From a virus (lineage: Duplodnaviria; Caudoviricetes): a DNA stretch of 63,304 nt. Under the pieces are notes generated by a model, which was given only the letters and a program-made list of their open reading frames with translations, did no database searches and had not been told where the DNA came from. Position 1 is the stretch's first letter. Every line of letters starts with the position of its first letter. Position numbers and translations under genes: made by a program. This document shows, piece by piece, positions 10,130 to 18,153 of this stretch. Location of the stretch: positions 1 through 63,304 of the IMG/VR virus record IMGVR_UViG_3300035126_000079; one strand, 5' to 3'.

Positions 10130-10795
10130 CTATCCTTTGTTGTATTCACATTGTTTAACTGAACACCACTTACACAGTGGCCCTGTCTTGGGGTTCCACA
10201 CCCCGCTCATGAATGCACCTTCAAGCCGCTCAATGTCGGGCAGTACTTTTTGTACATACACAGACTTCATTTTCGCACTATGTTCTGCTTTTACAAACTC
10301 TTTACTGACTACGAACATAAGCGCGGACTTGACCCGCTCGATCTCGGGGTACTTGGCAAACAGGGCGGCGGCAATCAGATCAAGCTGACCCATATCAGCG
10401 TAGCGTGCGTTCTTACTTGTCTTGTAGTCGACCGAGTAGGCCAGCTTCTTCTCGCGGTCTAAGATAACCAAGTCGGCAATCCCATGCCACCACACGCCTT
10501 CGGCTGAGAACTCGCAGGGCTGTAGGTCTTTGGTTAGTCCTAGTTTTACCTCGCAATGCTTCTCCCCGGGGATGGCGTTTAGTCTATCTAGAGAAGACTT
10601 AATGTATGCAAACTTCTCAGGTATCGGCTTGCTATCTCGAATGTATTCCTCGGCAACCGTGTGCATCTCTTTGCCGTACAGCGTAGCGGTTGTATCTCCC
10701 TCGATTACATCCTTGGCAACCTTGGTGTGGTAGTACTTCTTAGGGCACTGCTGAAAGGTCTTAAGACTGCTGAATGACCAAATTAACTGTTTCAT
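10130..10795 (-). CDS. Cas4-like PD-(D/E)xK exonuclease
   Basis: WSFSSLK, QCPKK, GIADL, DYKT and C-terminal CKWC..C (four Cys, Fe-S type). Start moved to 10795 (ATGA overlap with the upstream gene). Confidence 0.85.
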   Translation of the reverse strand: MKQLIWSFSSLKTFQQCPKKYYHTKVAKDVIEGDTTATLYGKEMHTVAEEYIRDSKPIPEKFAYIKSSLDRLNAIPGEKHCEVKLGLTKDLQPCEFSAEGVWWHGIADLVILDREKKLAYSVDYKTSKNARYADMGQLDLIAAALFAKYPEIERVKSALMFVVSKEFVKAEHSAKMKSVYVQKVLPDIERLEGAFMSGVWNPKTGPLCKWCSVKQCEYNKG

Positions 10796-11544
10796 AAGTC
10801 TTCCTTTGTGTACTTCTTCCAAATCTCTTTTGCATCCATATCCCAAATGTCGGCTACCAATTCCTTTAGCTCTTGGTACATATCGGGCTTCTCTGTCTTC
10901 AAATTCTCTACCCATGGCGCATCTTGGAGTGCGGGTCTAAGCTCCCACCATAATTTGCGCTTCTTGGGCGTCAAGAAAGTTCCGCTAGTAAAAGCCCGCT
11001 CCTGTATTCCTTTTTCTATTTCTTTTTCTCGCTCTTCTCTAGCTTCTTTCCATCTTTTTTGTATGCTACGAAGTTCTTTTTTCTTATCTTCTGTTGTCTT
11101 ATAGTAGTCTTCAGGCATCCATATTTGTCTTAGTATCTCGCTACGCTCCGGCTTCTTCATTTTGCGTAATGCTTTAGCTTCAATTTGCCTAATACGTTCC
11201 CTTGTTACAAACAACGCCTTCCCAATTTCTTCTAAAGTGTAGTCAGCATCCAATTCAATTCCAAACCGCATACGTAATACTTTGGATTCCCTTGGCGTAA
11301 GAGTGTCTAACATTTCTTTAACATGCTCGGCTAACTGCGCCTTGCATAGCTCTTCATCAGGGTCAATAGTTGGTTCTTCCTCGTATGGTAAGCATGGGAA
11401 CTCAGGCAACATTGAATCTTCTTTGTACCCAAATAAGTAATACGTTTCGCGCAGTTCTTTGCTAGTACCTACCATCGTGCCATAGGGTATGGTCTGCCCT
11501 TTGTTTATTTTGCCGTACGGCCTGTTAGCTTTAGCAAGCGCCAT
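10792..11544 (-). CDS. Protein containing an RpoD-like sigma70 region 4 only
   Basis: LTPRESKVLRMRFGI...YTLEEIG...VTRERIRQIEAKALRKM; no region 2 visible; start codon uncertain. Confidence 0.85.
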   Translation of the reverse strand: MALAKANRPYGKINKGQTIPYGTMVGTSKELRETYYLFGYKEDSMLPEFPCLPYEEEPTIDPDEELCKAQLAEHVKEMLDTLTPRESKVLRMRFGIELDADYTLEEIGKALFVTRERIRQIEAKALRKMKKPERSEILRQIWMPEDYYKTTEDKKKELRSIQKRWKEAREEREKEIEKGIQERAFTSGTFLTPKKRKLWWELRPALQDAPWVENLKTEKPDMYQELKELVADIWDMDAKEIWKKYTKEDL

Positions 11545-13348
11545 AGCTCTGTCCGTACCCTGATTCGCAGTTAAGCGGTAAATCCTTCGCCCACTTGGGG
11601 CGCATACGCATACACATCTCTACGTATTCTTGTGCAGTCTTAGCCTCGGCTTTCGGCGCTATGCAAGCAATCGCATCATGCACAGTCATCACAACCTTGT
11701 ACTTCTTAGCGATCATTAGCATCTGCTCACCAATCACGATACGAGCTAGAGCTTGGCATACGTTCTCAATCACCTTGCCGCCATAGATTCGGTTGGGGAT
11801 GGTGGCTTTGCCTCGCTTGGTGTCGTACACCATCTCAGCTTTGCCTTCCTCACTCTGAAGCATGCGCAAGTTCGGATAACGCAGGTACAAACCATTGGGT
11901 AGAAGGATGCCGTTGTTTCCCTCGATCTTCAGTATCCCATCCCTACCCAATCCCATTGCGCTATTACGCAGTATGGCTTCAAGGGCTAGGCCCGCTTTCT
12001 TCCAAAGTGCAGTAATTTTCGGATACGTAGTGCGGTAAGTGTCGATAATGCGTTTTGCTTCTTCCAATGTAATCTCCACGTTAAAGTTCTTGAGTTGCGC
12101 TTGGAACTTTGCCGCCCCCATCCCGTACCCACAACCAAGGATAGTGGTCTTACCAACGAATCTCTCGTCTTTCGTAATCTCTGAGACGCTCTTGCCATAG
12201 ATAGCAGATGCCATGATTTTGTATACATCCTCGCCCCGATCAAATGCGTCTACCAAGTCGTCTTGTTCCGCAAGCCATGCTAGCGTACGGGCTTCAATCT
12301 GTGATGAGTCTGAGTCGATCATCACGTACCCTGTTGGCGCAAAAATGGCGTGTTTCAGGGGGGAGTTGCGTGGGATGTTTTGTAGGTTGAGCTTGTCATC
12401 ACCGCCCCACCGCCCTGTGTGGGCGGCATAGTATCGCAAGGGAACTGGCATAAGTCCACGTTTGGCAATCCCAATAAACCTTTCGGTTCGCGTCTCCTCG
12501 ATGGTCGACTTCGTGCCAAGGCGTGCGGCTACTAGGGCTTGTACTGCGGGGTTCTTATGCTCAAGCAATGCTTTAAACTCTTCGTCAGTTTTAGAGAAGG
12601 CGTAAGTCTCTCTGCCTGTGGTTAGGCTAATCTTCATTGGCGGTAAAGCACCAGCGGCTTGCAACATAATCGCAAACTTTTGGTTGCTCATCAAGTCGCC
12701 CTTTTCGTAAGCACCTAGCGCCATCGCCTTTAAATCCTGTACTGAATCTAAGTGGTCACCGAGCACTTGCAAGTCCAGCGCCAAAGACGGTTCTGTAAAC
12801 ATGCGTATGGTTAAGTCAATTAGCCGCAGCTCTATCTGTGGAAACCCTGCGCTCATATTGCCAAACAACTGCCATGTCAGGGCTACATCGTTCATGCAGT
12901 ATTCGCCATACCTTAGTAACTGCTCAGGGGGAAAGTCGATCCGTCTAAGGCCAAGGGCGTTCTCAACTTCCGTGCCCTTCTCACCTATGCCGTAGTACTG
13001 CGCTAGCACCTTGAGACTGCCCCCTACGTTAGTGCCATGCAAGGCTCTGCCCATGGAGAGTGTGTCCAACCAACCCTTTGGTTTGATGTTGAAGTGCCAA
13101 CTCAGGATTGCCCCATCGAATATGGCGTTGTGCGCTAGCGCCAATGAATTTGCCCAATCGAATTGTTTAAGGTACTCGGCAGTCTGAACCATCGTTCCGC
13201 TGAACCATTCTGGCTCACCATCATCTACCTGCACTGATACCCCTACGACATGGAACTGCGGGTCACGGATGTACTCTTCGGTAGTCTGCTTGGCAAACCC
13301 AACCTCGCGTGAGTAGAACGTCTCAAAGTCAACTGTTATTATTTTCAT
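11531..13348 (-). CDS. polA: Family A DNA polymerase with 3'-5' exonuclease domain
   Basis: VDFET, AHNAIFD, TGRWGG..NLQNIP, DSSQIEAR, KTTILGCGYG and TVHD motifs. Confidence 0.95.
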   Translation of the reverse strand: MKIITVDFETFYSREVGFAKQTTEEYIRDPQFHVVGVSVQVDDGEPEWFSGTMVQTAEYLKQFDWANSLALAHNAIFDGAILSWHFNIKPKGWLDTLSMGRALHGTNVGGSLKVLAQYYGIGEKGTEVENALGLRRIDFPPEQLLRYGEYCMNDVALTWQLFGNMSAGFPQIELRLIDLTIRMFTEPSLALDLQVLGDHLDSVQDLKAMALGAYEKGDLMSNQKFAIMLQAAGALPPMKISLTTGRETYAFSKTDEEFKALLEHKNPAVQALVAARLGTKSTIEETRTERFIGIAKRGLMPVPLRYYAAHTGRWGGDDKLNLQNIPRNSPLKHAIFAPTGYVMIDSDSSQIEARTLAWLAEQDDLVDAFDRGEDVYKIMASAIYGKSVSEITKDERFVGKTTILGCGYGMGAAKFQAQLKNFNVEITLEEAKRIIDTYRTTYPKITALWKKAGLALEAILRNSAMGLGRDGILKIEGNNGILLPNGLYLRYPNLRMLQSEEGKAEMVYDTKRGKATIPNRIYGGKVIENVCQALARIVIGEQMLMIAKKYKVVMTVHDAIACIAPKAEAKTAQEYVEMCMRMRPKWAKDLPLNCESGYGQSYGAC

Positions 13349-13656
13349 TTCTTAATTTCCAAGTTCATACAGTCTTCAATCACACGCTCTAGGTACGCAA
13401 AATTGTCTTCGCGGATAATCATGGGATGCCCACCGCTACGCTGAATGTGGTCGAGGGCTTTGAGTTGGAGGGCTGTTGCCGCGCCCCTGCCTGCCTTTGC
13501 TTCGATAGCTACAAAGTGGCCGTTAATGCAACAGAGAAAGTCAGGAGTGCCACTGCTTCCATAGCCAGTACCGATGGGCATGGCATAGTAGATGTCGTGG
13601 GCTTTGAGGATTGCCTTGATCTTGGCTTTGACCTTGGCTTCAGGGGTTTGCGACAT
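13345..13656 (-). CDS. VRR-NUC domain nuclease / resolvase
   Basis: PEAKVK...GTPD...IEAK...LQ pattern. The protein as given (MSQTPE) reads from ATG 13656. Confidence 0.85.
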   Translation of the reverse strand: MSQTPEAKVKAKIKAILKAHDIYYAMPIGTGYGSSGTPDFLCCINGHFVAIEAKAGRGAATALQLKALDHIQRSGGHPMIIREDNFAYLERVIEDCMNLEIKK

Positions 13657-14077
13657 AAGACCTCTGATATGAAGCGTAGTTGTCCCAATATGCTTTGTCG
13701 AGAACTACATTTTTAACGCTACCAATTGCTACCATAGTGGTATCGCGGTCAATGATAGCGCCTTCCCTACTCCATATAATCTTAGGTACTGTATGCTCAC
13801 CCTTAAGGAATTTTATGCCGTCTTCTGTGATGCGGTACATACCTGATCTGCGCTCGCCATGCTCGGCTAACCCAAACCATACCAATACACTGCAATGGGC
13901 TTGCGCTCTGTAAGGGGCTCGGCTTGATTGCCCATTAACAATCGCGCCCCTTCCGGCTTCTACAAAAACCCAATCGTTTGCTCTACCAAGCATCGCAAGC
14001 ATGTCGACTTTATGCTTGCACATCCGATGTGGATTCATCTTTCTGATTTTCTGTTTGCACTGTGGGCAATGTTCCAT
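13640..14077 (-). CDS. Hypothetical protein (CxxC + possible winged helix)
   Basis: CPQC at the N-terminus; GMYRITEDGIKFL wing-like motif; RBS GGAGA. Confidence 0.65.
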   Translation of the reverse strand: MEHCPQCKQKIRKMNPHRMCKHKVDMLAMLGRANDWVFVEAGRGAIVNGQSSRAPYRAQAHCSVLVWFGLAEHGERRSGMYRITEDGIKFLKGEHTVPKIIWSREGAIIDRDTTMVAIGSVKNVVLDKAYWDNYASYQRSYVANP

Positions 14078-14103
14078 CTAATTCTCCAGTTGTTTATGGA
14101 GTC

Positions 14104-14131
14104 AATATAGCACATCGCTTTACTTTGTCAA
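14104..14131 (-). promoter_or_regulatory. Sigma70-type promoter, 16-bp spacer class
   Basis: TTGACA-16-TATATT with extended TG, just downstream of a terminator. Confidence 0.7.
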
Positions 14132-14143
14132 TAGTACAGACGT

Positions 14144-14166
14144 AAAAAAGCCGCCCGTAGGCGGCT
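14144..14166 (-). terminator. Intrinsic terminator ending the early operon
   Basis: AGCCGCC-TACG-GGCGGCT followed by a T-run on the minus strand. Confidence 0.85.
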
Positions 14167-14195
14167 AGGATATACCCTAACATTGTTAGGTCGTT

Positions 14196-14705
14196 TTACT
14201 TCAGCATTGTGATCTCACGAGTCAGATACCACTGGGCTTTGCGCAAGTCTTCGAGCTTGTTGCCTTTGTGGTCGGCACGAGTCAGATACTTAATCACGTT
14301 GCCAATGTTGTAGTTGAGCTTCTTCGCTTCGATGAAGTCGATGGTCTCGATTCCACCTACTTTGTAATGCTCAGGGTGATCTACTGCATCAAACATTTCA
14401 ATCTGCATGGGTGTGTTGGATGTAGTAATGGACACAGTTTTCCAATCGGCTATTGTCTCATCCATTATCTGCTTGTGCTTTGCCATTGCTTCTTTGGCTT
14501 TGGGCGTATCCATTAGCTCTCTTAGCGTAAGCGTCTCACGCTTCTTCTTTACTACTTTGGCTTTCTTCTTCGCGTTCCACAGCACTGTGTATACGTACTG
14601 AAGTGCAACACCGATAGCATCTGCTACCTCCTGTGGTTTGGCCTTTGGGTTAGCGGCTACGTAGCTACGCACTTGTGCGGCTTTGGTTACTTTTTTGATT
14701 GTCAT
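14196..14705 (-). CDS. DUF3310 (T7 gp1.7-like nucleotide kinase family) protein with an N-terminal HTH-like extension
   Basis: VDHPEHY..GGIETID...GNVIKY..R..HK...EDLRKAQWYL; N-terminal PQEVADAIGVALQYVYTV. Confidence 0.85.
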   Translation of the reverse strand: MTIKKVTKAAQVRSYVAANPKAKPQEVADAIGVALQYVYTVLWNAKKKAKVVKKKRETLTLRELMDTPKAKEAMAKHKQIMDETIADWKTVSITTSNTPMQIEMFDAVDHPEHYKVGGIETIDFIEAKKLNYNIGNVIKYLTRADHKGNKLEDLRKAQWYLTREITMLK

Positions 14706-14908
14706 GGTTTATTTCCTGTTTGGTTGTTAACGTACTCGGTAAGAACTTCTCTCATCTTGGCTTGCTTTGACATTCGATGGTTGGTGTCGAAATAATCCAT
14801 CACCTCTCTCGGCAGTCGCAAGCTCGTGCAAGCTAATGCGGGTTTCTTACCAAGCCCCCGCCCCTTGCGTTTCTTCTCTAACTTTAAATACTCAATTCCT
14901 GTGGTCAT
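14702..14908 (-). CDS. Ribbon-helix-helix protein, BrnA-antitoxin-like
   Basis: RG.GKKP...SLRLPREVMDYF...QAKMREVL resembles the BrnA C-terminal RHH. Confidence 0.6.
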   Translation of the reverse strand: MTTGIEYLKLEKKRKGRGLGKKPALACTSLRLPREVMDYFDTNHRMSKQAKMREVLTEYVNNQTGNKP

Positions 14909-15228
14909 TTGTTTCCTTTCGCTCTGTCCATAACTCTTTCCATTGCATCCGAGTAGCTCATACCCAATGCTTTATCTATCAAAGCCAAAGACTCATCAAT
15001 GATTTTGTCGTACACCCCTGCTTCGGCTTCTCTAATTGCAGTTAGCGTGAACTTTGCATCTTCCAATGCTTCAATGTCGGCGCTGTTGACTTGCCACATC
15101 AGCTCAATGTCGGCTTCGATAGTGTCAAAGTAGGGCTTAATTGGTTTTAGCGGTTTTATCCTATCAAACATTTTCTGTCCAAGTTCGTAGAACTCTTTGT
15201 CTTTTCCTGTGCTGTTATCAATAGTCAA
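14905..15228 (-). CDS. Hypothetical protein
   Basis: ATGA-coupled ORF within the early operon. Confidence 0.7.
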   Translation of the reverse strand: MTIDNSTGKDKEFYELGQKMFDRIKPLKPIKPYFDTIEADIELMWQVNSADIEALEDAKFTLTAIREAEAGVYDKIIDESLALIDKALGMSYSDAMERVMDRAKGNK

Positions 15229-15240
15229 AATGGTGCCTCT

Positions 15241-15498
15241 TCATGTTGTGGTTTCTCTGGTTTGGGGAATCGCTTGGGGTCTAGCCGTGTGAACGGCCAC
15301 CACGCCCGTAGCTCCTCCTGACTTAGCACTTTGCCTTTCGACATCGGCTTCGTAGTATCTTGTTGGGTACTTTGCTTTTTTCTTGACATATTTTCGTAGC
15401 CAGTCGGCTCCACCTAATTCTTTAAACTGAAGCCACTCGACGTCACTTAAACGTACGTATCGTGCCTTTAGGAGGGCGGGGGGCTTTGGTCTTGGCAT
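15241..15498 (-). CDS. Small RHH-like protein
   Basis: MPRPKPP...RYVRLSD.EW..FKELGGADWLR; RBS AAGGAG. Confidence 0.6.
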   Translation of the reverse strand: MPRPKPPALLKARYVRLSDVEWLQFKELGGADWLRKYVKKKAKYPTRYYEADVERQSAKSGGATGVVAVHTARPQAIPQTRETTT

Positions 15499-15694
15499 GC
15501 TCTAGTACTCCTTCGTGCTTATTCGGTTGCCTTTGCTTGGCTCGGGTGAACGAACCAAATTGTTTGTACCCAAGGTCTTCCTCGCTCTTGATCTGATTGC
15601 TCGGGTTCTTAGCTCTGAAGTATTGGTCTTTCAAAAAGATACTAGGGCGATCTACCTGCGCTAGCTCCTCCCAAGGGTTCAGTACTTTGGTCAT
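15443..15694 (-). CDS. Hypothetical protein
   Basis: ATGA-coupled to the upstream ORF. Confidence 0.6.
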   Translation of the reverse strand: MTKVLNPWEELAQVDRPSIFLKDQYFRAKNPSNQIKSEEDLGYKQFGSFTRAKQRQPNKHEGVLEHAKTKAPRPPKGTIRTFK

Positions 15695-16020
15695 CGCTTA
15701 TCCCCAAACATATGCCCGACACTGCTTTCGTAAGCCACGGGCTTTTGCCCCCTCAGTTTGGCGATCTGCTCGTCCCACTTTAATCCGTTCATGTGCTTCC
15801 ATCCTTCTAACTTATCAGCTAAAAACTTCTCGTTGCCTTTGAACAAGCGCGTGTTAAGCGCCATGCTTGCAATAACTTCCATATCCACAGCGTGCTTGCG
15901 CACTTCTTCAGCGTTGCGGCGCACTCCACCCACGGCGGACATAATGATTGACTGCAACATCACAGGGTCTTGGGCACGGCGTGCTACCTCGGACAAAAAC
16001 TTCATCTCATCTTCATTCAT
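15691..16020 (-). CDS. Hypothetical protein
   Basis: ATGA-coupled; RBS AGGAG. Confidence 0.7.
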   Translation of the reverse strand: MNEDEMKFLSEVARRAQDPVMLQSIIMSAVGGVRRNAEEVRKHAVDMEVIASMALNTRLFKGNEKFLADKLEGWKHMNGLKWDEQIAKLRGQKPVAYESSVGHMFGDKR

Positions 16021-16265
16021 GTCAATACTCCTAACTGTCTAAGTGCTACTTTCAAACCTTCCACACCACCGACTCGCTGATCGTTGATGAATATTTGTGG
16101 CATCTGCCTAGCGTCAGGGAATTCCTTGAGTAAGTTACCCATGCGCTCACCCACCATAATGTCTACGTCCGCATACTTAAGCCCTGCGGCATTCAGTATT
16201 TGCTTCGCTGTCACGCAGTTTGGGCAGTTATCCTTTGTGTACATCGTTATGTTGACGTTGTTCAT
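16017..16265 (-). CDS. Glutaredoxin
   Basis: YTKDNCPNC, MPQIFI and VGG motifs; start trimmed to 16265. Confidence 0.9.
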   Translation of the reverse strand: MNNVNITMYTKDNCPNCVTAKQILNAAGLKYADVDIMVGERMGNLLKEFPDARQMPQIFINDQRVGGVEGLKVALRQLGVLT

Positions 16266-16473
16266 GTCCGATCTTCCTTTCTTGGTAGGTAAAAACAAAT
16301 TGGCACTTCTTGCATTGCTTCTGTTGCACGTAGGCATGCTCATCTGGGTACGAACACCATTCACTGAAGTCATGTTGGCAGTCACCAAAAAAGTGGTCAA
16401 ACAACCAAACAAACCCCGCGATACCGGCAATAAGTACCGGCCCTAAAAGCATGAGCCAAAGATCATTCATCAT
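16228..16473 (-). CDS. Small membrane-anchored protein with a Cys/His motif
   Basis: N-terminal hydrophobic segment; CQHDF...QCKKC. Confidence 0.6.
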   Translation of the reverse strand: MMNDLWLMLLGPVLIAGIAGFVWLFDHFFGDCQHDFSEWCSYPDEHAYVQQKQCKKCQFVFTYQERKIGHEQRQHNDVHKG

Positions 16474-16627
16474 CGTCGCCCTCCACGTTTTCTTGTATCA
16501 GTTGTTGCTTAACAAGCTCAAGAACGCCTATAACTGTGGACATGTAAAGCGTTTCGTCGTACTTGCGAACTACTGCAATAAGCTCATCAGCCAACCCACC
16601 CGCTAATTTTCCTTGGTTCAGTATCAT
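16463..16627 (-). CDS. Hypothetical protein
   Basis: MILNQGK... start, ATGA-coupled to the upstream gene. Confidence 0.6.
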   Translation of the reverse strand: MILNQGKLAGGLADELIAVVRKYDETLYMSTVIGVLELVKQQLIQENVEGDDDE

Positions 16628-16896
16628 TTCAGCCCCTTCAAAAGCAGTAACATTGTTATGGCGTCGGGCAATGACTCCTCCTCGCGTACTAGGTACAGCT
16701 CGGTAAGCCAATCGCTTCGGTTTTGATTCTTGCTCGGCTGATACGTGCGTAGTGTTAGCACCCGCCCATTGAGGGCGTTCGTGATTGAAATACTTGTTTG
16801 GTCACTCGGAGAGCTATCCACCTCATGCACTCTTGCCCCCACCAACTTCACACCCTCGTCCATCAACCAATTTCTAATCCATCTTTTAATACTCAT
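16624..16896 (-). CDS. Hypothetical protein
   Basis: ATGA-coupled; RBS GGAGG. Confidence 0.7.
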   Translation of the reverse strand: MSIKRWIRNWLMDEGVKLVGARVHEVDSSPSDQTSISITNALNGRVLTLRTYQPSKNQNRSDWLTELYLVREEESLPDAITMLLLLKGLK

Positions 16897-17075
16897 TTTT
16901 CCTCCAATACTTCTAAGATTACTTTCTTAATCCTGCCGTACGCATCTGCTTTGGTATACGGAGCGGCAAGAATGATGTCGATTTCGCACAGGGCGTCGTA
17001 GTACTGCGTGCCCTTCAATGCGTGCTCTAGTTTGTATTCGTCTTGTGGGTACTCAAATTCAAGTACGGCTTTCAT
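16893..17075 (-). CDS. Hypothetical protein
   Basis: MKAVLEFEYP..., a type of small ORF common in phages. Confidence 0.7.
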   Translation of the reverse strand: MKAVLEFEYPQDEYKLEHALKGTQYYDALCEIDIILAAPYTKADAYGRIKKVILEVLEEK

Positions 17076-17226
17076 ACGCGGCCCCCTTCGTCAAGCGAAT
17101 GAGTAGTCGCGCCTTACGCCATGTTCTGCGCACATCTGTTGATGCGGCATCGACCCATTTGAATTTGGGGTGATTGTGATCTCGCAAGGGAATCACTTTG
17201 GATTGGTATTTGATTTCATGTTGCAT
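17059..17226 (-). CDS. Small hypothetical protein (55 aa, below the ORF-track cutoff)
   Basis: Translated by hand: MQHEIKYQ...HPKFKWVDAASTDVRRTWRK...; its RBS AGGAG overlaps a palindrome copy. Confidence 0.65.
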   Translation of the reverse strand: MQHEIKYQSKVIPLRDHNHPKFKWVDAASTDVRRTWRKARLLIRLTKGAAYESRT

Positions 17227-17255
17227 CTAAATTCTCCTAACATTGTTAGCCTGTT

Positions 17256-18143
17256 TTATGCCAGTTCCCGCGCCGCGCTGAGTAAAACAAACACCTCAGC
17301 AGTGGCTCGACAACCGACACCCTCAATCATTTGCTCAGGCTCTACTAGCTTGAGCATCCCTAACTTACCTCTCATATCTACGGGGAGCGTATTATCATCG
17401 TAAAGCTGTACTTCGTCACCTGTTTTAACTACGTACTTTCCATTAGACAATAAGACTAGACTAGTATCCTTACCGGATTTGAACTTGGTCTCTATGTCTT
17501 CGACAGTCAGCATCTCAAGTCCTGTCGCACGCAGTTGGGATAACAATGTTAGTTGCCCGTTACCCATTGCATACTGTTTGAACTCGTCGGCCTTCACATC
17601 GAGCACAAAGTTTTTCATAAGTGGCATTAGTTTGTGCATGTTGTTTGCATAGTCCCCACGCTTACGCCCTGCCTGTCTGCTGATAGCACGAGCGGCTTCT
17701 CCCAACGCATCATTCATACGCTCAGTCATGCTCTTGGGATTAAAGGTTTTCTTGATAGCGGCTAGGGCTTTCTTAGCATCCTTAGTCCGATACGCGCCCA
17801 CACGCTCACGCTCACTACGAATAGTGTTGCTAGTGATAGAGAACACATACCCACCTTGGTCGTAACGATAGTCGCGGTCGATAGCACCTACCACTTCTCC
17901 ATCTTTGCATACTACGAACTTAGTAACTGTGATCCGCGCCTTCTCATCCGCAGTTGCACTCTTGATCTGTCCGTAATACTCAGGCACTCGGAACTCCCAC
18001 GTTGGGTTCTCGGTGATGACCTTCCACATGATCTCATTCAATGGCTTCTCCACCACGAAATCAAAGTCGCTCTTACGTTTACCCTGCAACGTCTTGTCGC
18101 TAATGATGACGTTACTCAATGTCATTGCTGTGCTTGCATCCAT
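17256..18143 (-). CDS. Hypothetical protein
   Basis: 295-aa ORF with RBS AAGGAG. Confidence 0.8.
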   Translation of the reverse strand: MDASTAMTLSNVIISDKTLQGKRKSDFDFVVEKPLNEIMWKVITENPTWEFRVPEYYGQIKSATADEKARITVTKFVVCKDGEVVGAIDRDYRYDQGGYVFSITSNTIRSERERVGAYRTKDAKKALAAIKKTFNPKSMTERMNDALGEAARAISRQAGRKRGDYANNMHKLMPLMKNFVLDVKADEFKQYAMGNGQLTLLSQLRATGLEMLTVEDIETKFKSGKDTSLVLLSNGKYVVKTGDEVQLYDDNTLPVDMRGKLGMLKLVEPEQMIEGVGCRATAEVFVLLSAARELA

Positions 18144-18153
18144 GATCTACTCC

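Noticed and set aside
10130-10795. cas4 as evidence of a CRISPR-Cas system
   Set aside because: Stand-alone Cas4-like exonucleases are routine in phage replication modules, and no cas1, cas2 or array is present.
10792-11544. A complete phage sigma factor (rpoD)
   Set aside because: Only region 4 is recognisable; no region 2 for -10 melting and core binding.
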